In this document: positions 1 to 12,100 of the stretch, piece by piece
Numbering within the stretch: the first letter of the stretch is position 1
Layout of the letters: every line of letters starts with the position of its first letter
NCBI RefSeq assembly: GCF_009914755.1
Contig: NC_060948.1
DNA: 64,000 nucleotides
From: the human T2T-CHM13v2.0 reference genome, Homo sapiens
Direction: 5' to 3' (one strand)
Translations under genes and position numbers: made by a program
The notes under the pieces: model-generated
What the model saw: the letters and a program-made list of their open reading frames with translations, nothing else
Database searches by the model: none
Told to the model about the DNA's origin: nothing

Positions 1-52
1 AACGGAAAGGAATAGAATGTTATGGAATCCGATTGGACAGAATGGAATGGAA

Positions 53-67
53 TGCAGTTTCATGAAA
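53..67. promoter_or_regulatory. HSE-like element tGCAg-tTTCa-tGAAa containing the palindrome TTTCATGAAA; one per unit
   Basis: Perfect TTCnnGAA plus an upstream one-mismatch GAA box in the correct 5 bp alternating spacing. This is a motif match only; function is not shown. Confidence 0.3.
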
Positions 68-1432
68 TGGAGTCGAATAGAGTGGCATCAAAAGGAATGG
101 AATGGAGTGGACTCAAAAGGAATGGACTCGAAAGGAATGGAGTCGAACCAAATTGAATCAAATGGATTGGAGTCGAACAGAATGGAATGGAATGGAATGA
201 ACTCGACTGGAGTAGAGAGGAATGAAAAGGAATAGAATGGAATGTAATCAAATGGATTGCAAGTGAATGGAATCAAAAATAATAGAAAGGAATGGAGTGT
301 AAAGGGATGATATTGAATTAAATGGAATGGAATGGAATTTAATGGAATGGAGTCGAAGGAATGGACAGGAATGTAATGGACTCCAATGGAATGGAATGGA
401 TCAAAATGGATTTGAACAGATTGGAATGGAACGGAATGGAATGCAATGAAATGGAATGGACTCGATCAGAACGGACTGGAGAGGAATGTACACAAATGGA
501 ATGGAAACGAATGGAATGGAATGAAATGGAATGGAATGCAATGGAATTGAAAGGAACGGAATTAAATGGAATGGAATGGAATGGAATGGATTGGAATAGA
601 ATGGATTCAAATAAAATAAAATCGATTGCAATGGTATTGAATGGAAGGGACTTGAATGGAATGGAAAGCAATGGAAGATATTGGAATCGAATGGCATCGA
701 ATGAAATGGAATGGAACGGAATGGAACGGACCCGAATGGAATGGAATGGAGTCAAATGTAATGGACTCGAATGGAATCGACTGAAATATAATAGACTCGA
801 AAGGAATGGCCTCGAGCGGAATTTATTTGAATAGAATGGAATCAAATGGAATACAATAGTATGGAATGGAATCGAATGGAATGGAATCGAATGGAATGTA
901 ATCAAATGGAATGGAACGGAATTCAATATAATGGAATAGAATGGAATGCATTGGAAAGGAGCAGAGTGGAATCGAGTGTATTGGAATCGAGTGGAATGGA
1001 ATCAAAGGGAACGAAATCGAATTGAATGGACTTGAATGGAATTGAGTCGAAAGGAATTGACTCGAAAGGAATGGACTGGAACAAAAAGGAATCAAATGGA
1101 CAGGAATGGAATGGAATGGACTCGAATGGAATGGAGTCAAATGCAAACGCATCGAATGGAATGGATTCAAATGGAATGCAATTGAATGGAATAGAAAGGA
1201 AGAGAATGGAATTGAGAGTAATGGAAAGATATCGATTGGAATGAAATGGAATGGAAAGGAATTGAATGGAAAGGAATGGACTCGAAAGAAATGGATTGGA
1301 ATGGAATGGTCTCCAATGGAATGGACTGGAGTGGAATGCAATCGAATGGAAAGAAAAGAATAGAACGGAATGGAACGGAAAGAAATAGAATGTTATGGAA
1401 TCCGATTGGACAGAATGGAATGGAATGCAGTT
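60..1432 (+). repeat. Representative ~1,373 bp nested/higher-order repeat unit (about 46.6 tandem copies in the window)
   Basis: Unique landmarks recur once per unit: CAGTTTCATGAAA, AAAAATAATAGAAAGG, GTGTAAAGGGATGATATTG, GGCCTCGAGCGG (XhoI, 811-816), GGAATTCAATATAA (EcoRI, 919-924), AAGATATCGATT, GGTCTCCAA. Anchors lie at 60, 1433, 2811, 4189, 5567, 6965, 8333 ... 62885. Confidence 0.97.
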
Positions 1433-4400
1433 TCATGAAATGGAGTCGAATAGAGTGGCATCAAAAGGAATGGAATGGAGTGGACTCAAAAGGAATGGAC
1501 TCGAAAGGAATGGAGTCGAACCAAATTGAATCAAATGGATTGGAGTCGAACAGAATGGAATGGAATGGAATGAACTCGACTGGAGTAGAGAGGAATGAAA
1601 AGGAATAGAATGGAATGTAATCAAATCGATTGCAAGTGAATGGAATCAAAAATAATAGAAAGGAATGGAGTGTAAAGGGATGATATTGAATTAAATGGAA
1701 TGGAATGGAATTTAATGGAATGGAGTCGAAGGAATGGACAGGAATGTAATGGACTCCAATGGAATGGAATGGATCAAAATGGATTTGAACAGATTGGAAT
1801 CGAACGGAATGGAATGCAATGAAATGGAATGGACTCGATCAGAACGGACTGGAGAGGAATGTACACAAATGGAATGGAAACGAATGGAATGGAATGAAAT
1901 GGAATGGAGTGCAATGGAATTGAAAGGAACGGAATCACATGGAACGGAATGGAATGGAATGGAATGGATTGGAATAGAATGGATTCAAATAAAATAGAAT
2001 CGATTGCAATGGTATTGAATGGAAGGGACTTGAATGGAATGGAAAGAAATGGAAGATATTGGAATCGAATGGCATCGAATGAAATGGAATGGAACGGAAT
2101 GGAACGGACCCTAATGGAATGGAATGGACTCAAATGTAATGGACTCGAGTGGAGTCGAATGAAATATAATAGACTCGAAAGGAATGGCCTCGAGCGGAAT
2201 TTATTTGAATAGAATGGAATCAAATGGAATACAATAGTATGGAATGGAATCGAATGGAATGGAATCGAATGGAATGTAATCAAATGGAATGGAACGGAAT
2301 TCAATATAATGGAGTAGAATGGAATGCATTGGAAAGGAGCAGAGTAGAATCGAGTGGATTGGAATCGAGTGGAATGGAATCAAAGGGAACGAAATCGAAT
2401 TGAATGGACTTGAATGGAATTGAGTTGAAAGGAATTGACTCGAAAGGAATGGACTGGAACAAAAAGGAATCAAATGGACAGGAATGGAATGGAATGGGCT
2501 CGAATGGAATGGAGTCAAATGCAAATGCATCGAATGGAATGGATTCAAAGGGAATGCAATTGAATGGAATAGAAAGTAAGAGAATGGAATTGAGAGTAAT
2601 GGAAAGATATCGATTGGAATGAAATGGAATGGAAAGGAATTGAATGGAAAGGAATGGACTCGAAAGAAATGGATTGGAATGGAATGGTCTCCAATGGAAT
2701 GGACTGGAGTGGAATGCAATCGAATGGAAAGAAAAGAATAGAACGGAATGGAACGGAAAGAAATAGAATGTTATGGAATCCGATTGGACAGAATGGAATG
2801 GAATGCAGTTTCATGAAATGGAGTCGAATAGAGTGGCATCAAAAGGAATGGAATGGAGAGGACTCAAAAGGAATGGACTCGAAAGGAATGGAGTCGAACC
2901 AAATTGAATCAAATGGATTGGAGTCGAACAGAATGGAATGGAATGAAATGAACTCGACTGGAGTAGAGAGGAATGAAAAGGAATAGAATGGAATGTAATC
3001 AAATGGATTGCAAGTGAATGGAATCAAAAATAATAGAAAGGAATGGAGTGTAAAGGGATGATATTGAATTAAATGGAATGGAATGGAATTTAATGGAATG
3101 GAGTCGAAGGAATGGACAGGAATGTAATGGACTCCAATGGAATGGAATGGATCAAAATGGATTTGAACAGATTGGAATCGAACGGAATGGAATGCAATGA
3201 AATGGAATGGACTCGATCAGAACGGACTGGAGAGGAATGTACACAAATGGAATGGAAACGAATGGAATGGAATGAAATGGAATGGAGTGCAATGGAATTG
3301 AAAGGAACGGAATCACATGGAACGGAATGGAATGGAATGGAATGGATTGGAATAGAATGGATTCAAATAAAATAGAATCGATTGCAATGGTATTGAATGG
3401 AAGGGACTTGAATGGAATGGAAAGCAATGGAAGATATTGGAATCGAATGGCATCGAATGAAATGGAATGGAACGGAATGGAACGGACCCGAATGGAATGG
3501 AATGGACTCAAATGTAATGGACTCGAATGGAGTCGAATGAAATATAATAGACTCGAAAGGAATGGCCTCGAGCGGAATTTATTTGAATACAATGGAATCA
3601 AATGGAATACAATAGTATGGAATGGAATCGAATGGAATGGAATCGAATGGAATGTAATCAAATGGAATGGAACGGAATTCAATATAATGGAGTAGAATGG
3701 AATGCATTGGAAAGGAGCAGAGTAGAATCGAGTGGATTGGAATCGAGTGGAATGGAATCAAAGGGAACGAAATCGAATTGAATGGACTTGAATGGAGTTG
3801 AGTTGAAAGGAATTGACTCGAAAGGAATGGACTGGAACAAAAAGGAATCAAATGGACAGGAATGGAATGGAATGGGCTCGAATGGAATGGAGTCAAATGC
3901 AAACGCATCGAATGGTATGGATTCAAAGGGAATGCAATTGAATGGAATAGAAAGGAAGAGAATGGAATTGAGAATAATGGAAAGATATCGTTTGGAATGA
4001 AATGGAATGGAAAGGAATTGAATGGAAAGGAATGGACTCGAAAGAAATGGATTGGAATGGAATGGTCTCCAATGGAATGGACTGGAGTGGAATGCAATCG
4101 AATGGAAAGAAAAGAATGGAACGGAATGGAACGGAAAGGAATAGAATGTTATGGAATCCGATTGGACAGAATGGAATGGAATGCAGTTTCATGAAATGGA
4201 GTCGAATAGAGTGGCATCAAAATGAATGGAATGGAGTGGACACAAAAGGAATGGACTCGAAAGGAATGGAGTCGAACCAAATTGAATCAAATGGATTGGA
4301 GTCGAACAGAATGGAATGGAATGGAATGAACTCGACTGGAGTAGAGAGGAATGAAAAGCAATAGAATGGAATGTAATCAAATGGATTGCAAGTGAATGGA

Positions 4401-6070
4401 ATCAAAAATAATAGAAAGGAATGGAGTGTAAAGGGATGATATTGAATTAAATGGAATGGAATGGAATTTAATGGAATGGAGTCGAAGGAATGGACAGGAA
4501 TGTAATGGACTCCAATGGAATGGAATGGATCAAAATGGATTTGAACAGATTGGAATCGAACGGAATGGAATGCAATGAAATGAAATGGACTCGATCAGAA
4601 CGGACTGGAGAGGAATGTACACAAATGGAATGGAAACGAATGGAATGCAATGAAATGGAATGGAATGCAATGGAATTGAAAGGAACGGAATCAAATGGAA
4701 TGGAATGGAATGGAATGGAATGGATTGGAATAGAATGAATTCAAATAAAATAGAATCGATTGCAATGGTATTGAATGGAAGGGACTTGAATGGAATGGAA
4801 AGCAATGGAAGATATTGGAATCGAATGGCATCGAATGAAATGGAATGGAACGGAATGGAACGTACCCGAATGGAATGGAATGGACTCAAATGTAATGGAC
4901 TCGAATGGAATCGACTGAAATATAATAGACTCGAAAGGATTGGCCTCGAGCGGAATTTATTGGAAGAGAATGGAATCAAATGGAATACAATAGTATGGAA
5001 TGAAATCGAATGGAATGGAATCGAATGGAATGTAATGAAATGGAATGGAACGGAATTCAATAAAATGGAGTAGAATGGAACGCATTGGAAAGGAGAAGAG
5101 TGGAATCGAGTGGATTGGAATCGAGTGGAATGGAATCAAAGGGAACGAAATCGAATTGAATGGACTTGAATGGAATTGAGTCGAAAGGAATTGACTCGAA
5201 AGGCATGGACTGGAACAAAAAGGAATCAAATGGACAGGAATGGAATGGAATGGACTCGAATGGAATGGAGTCAAATGCAAACGCATCGAATGGAATGGAT
5301 TCAAATGGAATGCAGTTGAATGGAATAGAAAGGAAGAGAATGGAATTGAGAGTAATGGAAAGATATCGATTGAAATGAAACGAAATGGAAAGGAATTGAA
5401 TGGAAAGGAATGGACTCGAAAGAAATGGATTGGAATGGAATGGTCTGTAATGGAATGGACTGGAGTGGAATGGAATCGAATGGAAAGAAAAGAATGGAAC
5501 GGAATGGAACGGAAAGGAATAGAATGTTATGGAATCCGATTTGACAGAATGGAATGGAATGCAGTTTCATGAAATGGAGTCGAATAGAGTGGCATCAAAA
5601 GGAATGGAATGGAGTGGACTCAAAAGGAATGGACTCGAAAGGAATGGAGTCGAACCAAATTGAATCAAATGGATTGGAGTCGAACAGAATGGAATGGAAT
5701 GGAATGAACTCGACTGGAGTAGAGAGGAATGAAAAGGAATAGAATGGAATGTAATCAAATCGATTGCAAGTGAATGGAATCAAAAATAATAGAAAGGAAT
5801 GGAGTGTAAAGGGATGATATTGAATTAAATGGAATGGAATGGAATTTAATGGAATGGAGTCGAAGGAATGGACAGGAATGTAATGGACTCCAATGGAATG
5901 GAATGGATCAAAATGGATTGGAACAGATTGGAATAGAACGGAATGGAATACAATGAAATGGAATGGACTCGATCAGAGCGGCCTGGAGAGGAATGTACAC
6001 AAATGGAATGGAAACGAAAGGAATGGAATGAAATGGAATGGAATGCAATGGAATTGAAAGGAACGGAATC

Positions 6071-6125
6071 AAATGGAATGGAATGGAATGGAATGGAATG
6101 GAATGGAATGGAATGGAATGGATTG
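6071..6125 (+). repeat. Longest allele of the per-unit variable perfect pentamer tract, (GAATG)9
   Basis: AAATG followed by nine GAATG then GATTG. The modal unit has four, which accounts for this unit's 1,398 bp length. Confidence 0.9.
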
Positions 6126-9100
6126 GAATAGTATGGATTCAAATAAAATAGAATCGATTGCAATGGTATTGAATGGAAGGGACTTGAATGGAATGGAAAG
6201 CAATGGAAGATATTGGAATCGAATGGCATCGAATGAAATGGAATGGAACGGAATGGAACGGACCCGAATGGAATGGAATGGACTCAAATGTAATGGACTC
6301 GAATGGAATCGACTGAAATATAATAGACTCGAAAGGAATGGCCTCGAGCGGAATTTATTTGAATAGAATGGAATGAAATGGAATACAATAGTATGGAATG
6401 GAATCGAATGGAATGGAAACGAATGGAATGTAATCAAATGGAATGGAACGGAATTCAATATAATGGAGTAGAATGGAATGCATTGGAAAGGAACAGAGTG
6501 GAATCCAGTGGATTGGAATCGAGTGGAATGGAATCAAAGTGAACGAAATCGAATTGAATGGACTTGAATGGAATTGAGTCGAAAGGAATTGACTCGAAAA
6601 GAATGGACTGGAAAAAAAAGGAATCAAATGGACAGGAATGGAATGGAATGGACTCGAATGGAATGGAGTCAAAAGGAAACGCATCCAATGGAATGCATTC
6701 AAATGGAATGCAATTGAATGGAATAGAAAGGAAGAGAATGGAATTGAGAGTAATGGAAAGATATCGATTGGAATGAAATGGAATGGAAAGGAATTGAATG
6801 GAAAGGAATGGACTCGAAAGAAATGGATTGGAATGGAATGGTCTCCAATGGAATGGACTGGAGTGGAATGCAATCGAATGGAAAGAAAAGAATGGAACGG
6901 AATGGAACGGAAAGGAATAGAATGTTATGGAATCCGATTGGACAGAATGGAATGGAATGCAGTTTCATGAAATGGAGTCGAATAGAGTGGCATCAAACGG
7001 AATGGAATGGAGTGGACTCAAAAGGAATGGACTCGAAAGGAATGGAGTCGAACCAAATTGAATCAAATGGATTGGAGTCGAACAGAATGGAATGGAATGG
7101 AATGAACTCGACTGGAGTAGAGAGGAATGAAAAGCAATAGAATGGAATGTAATCAAATGGATTGCTAGTGAATGGAATCAAAAATAATAGAAAGGAATGG
7201 AGTGTAAAGGGATGATATTGAATTAAATGGAATGGAATGGAATTTAATGGAATGGAGTCGAAGGAATGGACAGGAATGTAATGGACTCCAATGGAATGGA
7301 ATGGATCAAAATGGATTTGAACAGATTGGAATCGAACGGAATGGAATGCAACGAAATGGAATGGACTCGATCAGAACGGACTGGAAAGGAATGTACACAA
7401 ATGGAATGGAAACGAATGGAATGGAATGAAATGGAATGGAATGCAATCGAATTGAAAGGAACGGAATCAAATGGAATGGAATGGAATGGATTGGAATAGA
7501 ATGGATTCAAATAAAATAGAATCGATTGCAATGGTATTGAATGGAAGGGACTTGAATGGAATGTAAAGCAATGGAAGATATTGGAATCGAATGGCATCGA
7601 ATGAAATGGAATGGAACGGAATGGAACGGACTGGAATGGAATAGAATGGACTCAAATATAATGGACTCGAATGGAATCGACTGAAATATAATAGACTCGA
7701 AAGGATTGGCCTCAAGCGGAATTTATTTGAATAGAATGGAATCAAATGGAATACAATAGTATGGAATGGAATCGAATGGAATGGAATCGAATGGAATGTA
7801 ATCAAATGGAATGGAACGGAATTCAATATAATGGAGTAGAATGGAATGCATTGGAAAGGAGCAGAGTTTAATCGAGTGGATTGGAATCGAGTGGAATGGA
7901 ATCAAAGGGAACGAAATCGAATTGAATGGACTTGAATGGAATTGAGTCGAAAGGAATTGACTCGAAAGGCATGGACTGGAACAAAAAGGAATCAAATGGA
8001 CAGGAATGGAATGGAATGGACTCGAATGGAATGGAGTCAAATGCAAACGCATCGAATGGAATGGATTCAAATGGAATGCAATTGAATGGAATAGAAAGGA
8101 AGAGAATGGAATTGAGAGTAATGGAAAGATATCGATTGGAATGAAATGAAATGGAAAGAAATTGAATGGAAAGGAATGGACTCGAAAGAAATGGATTGGA
8201 ATGGAATGGTCTCCAATGGAATGGAATGGAGTGGAATGGAATCGAATGGAAAGAAAAGAATGGAACGGAATGGAACGGAAAGGAATAGAATGATATGGAA
8301 TCCGATTGGACAGAATGGAATGGAATGCAGTTTCATGAAATGGAGTCGAATAGAGTGACATCAAAAGGAATGGAATGGAGTGGACTCAAAAGGAATGGAC
8401 TCGAAAGGAATGGAGTCGAACCAAATTGAATCAAATGGATTGGAGTCGAACAGAATGGAATGGAATGGAATGAACTCGACTGGAGTAGAGAGGAATGAAA
8501 AGGAATAGAATGGAATGTAATCAAACGGATTGCAAGTGAATGGAATCAAAAATAATAGAAAGGAATGGAGTGTAAAGGGATGATATTGAATTAAATGGAA
8601 TGGAATGGAATTTAATGGAATGGAGTTGAAGGAATGGACAGGAATGTAATGGACTCCAATGGAATGGAATGGATCAAAATGGATTTGAACAGATTGGAAT
8701 CGAACGGAATGGAATGCAATGAAATGGAATGGACTCGATTAGAGCGGACTGGAGAGGAATGTACACAAATGCAATGGAAACGAAAGGAATGGAATGAAAT
8801 GGAATGGAATGCAATGGAATTGAAAGGAACGGAATCAAATGGAATGGAATGGAATGGAATGGAATGGAATGGAATGGATTGGAATAGAATGGATTCAAAT
8901 AAAATAGAATCGATTGCAATGGTATTGAATGCAAGGGACTTGAATGGAATGGAAAGCAATGGAAGATATTGGAATCGAATGGCATCGAATGAAATGGAAT
9001 GGAACGGAATGGAACGGACCCGAATGGAATGGAATGGACTCAAATGTAATGGACTCGAATGGAATCGACTGAAATATAACAGACTCGAAAGAATGGCCTC

Positions 9101-12100
9101 GAGCGGAATTTATTTGAATAGAATGGAATCAAATGGAATACAATAGTATGGAATGGAATCGAATGGAATGGAATCGAATGGAATGTAATCAAATGGAATG
9201 GAACGGAATTCAATATAATGGAGTAGAATGGAATGCATTGGAAAGGAACAGAGTGGAATCGAGTGTATTGGAATCGAGTGGAATGGAATCAAAGGGAACG
9301 AAATCGAATTGAATGGACTTGAATGGAATTGAGTCGAAAGGAATTGACTCGAAAGGAATGGACTGGAACAAAAAGGAATCAAATGGACAGGAATGGAATG
9401 GAATGGACTCGAATGGAATGGAGTCAAATGCAAACGCATCGAATGGAATGGATTCAAATGGAATGCAATTGAATGGAATAGAAAGGAAGAGAATGGAATT
9501 GAGAGTAATGGAAAGATATCGATTGGAATGAAATGGAATGGAAAGGAATTGAATGGAAAGGAATGGACTCGAAAGAAATGGATTGGAATGGAATGGTCTC
9601 CAATGGAATGGACTGGAGTGGAATGCAATCGAATGGAAAGAAAAGAATGGAACGGAATGGAACGGAAAGGAATAGAATGTTATGGAATCCGATGGAACAG
9701 AATGGAATGGAATGCAGTTTCATGAAATGGAGTCGAATAGAGTGGCATCAAAAGGAATGGAATGGAGTGGACTCAAAAGGAATGGAGTCGAAAGGAATGG
9801 AGTCGAACCAAATTGAATCAAATGGATTGGAGTCGAAAAGAATGGAAAGGAATGGAATGAACTCGAATGGAGAAGAGAGAAATGAAATGGAATAGAATGG
9901 AATGTAATCAAATGGATTGCAAGTGAATGGAATCAAAAATAATAGAAAGGAATGGAGTGTAAAGGGATGATATTGAATTAAATGGAATGGAATGGAATTT
10001 AATGGAATGGAGTCGAAGGAATGGACAGGAATGTAATGGACTCCAATGGAATGGAATGGATCAAAATGGATTTGAACAGATTGGAATCGAACGGAATGGA
10101 ATGCAATGAAATGGAATGGACTCGATCAGAACGGACTGGAGAGGAATGTACACAAATGGAATGGAAACGAATGGAATGGAATGAAATGGAATGGAATGCA
10201 ATGGAATTGAAAGGAACGGAATCAAATGGAATGGAATGGAATGGAATGGATTGGAATAGAATGGATTCAAATAAAATAGAATCGATTGCAATGGTATTGA
10301 ATGGAAGGGACTTGAATGGAATGGAAAGCAATGGAAGATATTGGAATCGAATGGCATTGAATGAAATGGAATGGAACGGAATGGAACGGACCCGAATGGA
10401 ATGGAATGGACTCAAATGTAATGGACTCGAATGGAATCGACTGAAATATAATAGACTCGAAAGGAATGGCCTCGAGCGGAATTTATTTGAATAGAATGGA
10501 ATCAAATGGAATACAATAGTATGGAATGGAATCGAATAGAATGGAATTGAATGGAATGTAATCAAATGGAATGGAACGGAATTCAATATAATGGAGTAGA
10601 ATGGAATGCATTGGAAAGGAGCAGAGTGGAATCGAGTGGATTGGAATCTAGTGGAATGGAATCAAAGGGAACGAAATCGAATTGAATGGACTTGAATGGA
10701 ATTGAGTCAAAAGGAATTGACTCGAAAGGCATGGACTGGAACAAAAAGGAATCAAATGGACAGGAATGGAATGGAATGGACTCGAATGGAATGGAGTCAA
10801 ATGCAAACGCATCCAATGGAATGGATTCAAATGGAATGCAATTGAATGGAATAGAAAGGAAGAGAATGGAATTGAGAGTAATGGAAAGATATCGTTTGGA
10901 ATGAAATGGAATGGAAAGGAATTGAATGGAAAGGAATGGACTCGAAAGAAATGGATTGGAATGGAATGGTCTCCAATGGAATGGACTGGAGTGGAATGCA
11001 ATCGAATGGAAAGAAAAGAATGGAACGGAATGGAACGGAAAGGAATACAATGTTATGGAATCCGATTGAACAGAATGGAATGGAATGCAGTTTCATGAAA
11101 TGGAGTCGAATAGAGTGGCATCAAAACGCATGGAATGGAGTGGACTCAAAAGGAATGGAGTCGAAAGGAATGGAGTCGATCCAAATTGAATCAAATGGAT
11201 TGGAGTCGAACAGAATGGAATGGAATGGAATGAACTCGACTGGAGTAGAGAGGAATGAAAAGGAATAGAATGGAATGTAATCAAATCGATTGCAAGTGAA
11301 TGGAATCAAAAATAATAGAAAGGAATGGAGTGTAAAGGGATGATATTGAATTAAATGGAATGGAATGGAATTTAATGGAATGGAGTCGAAGGAATGGACA
11401 GGAATGTAATGGACTCCAATGGAATGGAATGGATCAAAATGGATTGGAACAGATTGGAATAGAACGGAATGGAATGCAATGAAATGGAATGGACTCGATC
11501 AAAACGGACTGGAGAGGAATGTACACAAATGGAATGGAAACGAATGGAATGGAATGAAATGGAATGGAATGCAATGGAATTGAAAGGAACGGAATCAAAT
11601 GGAATGGAATGGAATGGATTGGAATAGAATGGATTCAAATAAAATAGAATTGATTGCAATGGTATTGAATGGAAGGGACTTGAATGGAATGGAAAGCAAC
11701 GGAAGACATTGGAATCGAATGGCATCGAATGAAATGGAATGGAACGGAATGGAACGGACCGGAATAGAATGGAATGGACTCAAATGTAATGGACTCGAAT
11801 GGAATCGACTGAAATATAATAGACTCAAAGGATTGGCCTCGAGCGGAATTTATTTGAATAGAATGGAATCAAATGGAATACAATAGTATGGAATGGAATC
11901 GAATGGAATGGAATCGAATGGAATGTAATGAAATGGAATGGAACGGAATTCAATATAATGGAGTAGAATGGAATGCATTGGAAAGGAGCAGAGTGGAATC
12001 GAGTGGATTGGAATCGAGTGGAATGGAATCAAAGGGAACGAAATCGAATTGAATGGACTGGAATGGAATTGAGTCGAAAGGAATTGACTCGAAAGGCATG

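Noticed and set aside
270-325. AT-rich atypical segment AAAAATAATAGAAAGG...GATGATATTGAATTAAAT as a promoter or foreign insert
   Set aside because: It stays in pentamer register and is best read as strongly diverged GGAAT copies. There is no independent promoter evidence.
609-620. AATAAA polyadenylation-like hexamer once per unit
   Set aside because: It arises easily from GGAAT divergence and lacks a downstream GU/U-rich element. It cannot be supported without 3'-end RNA data.
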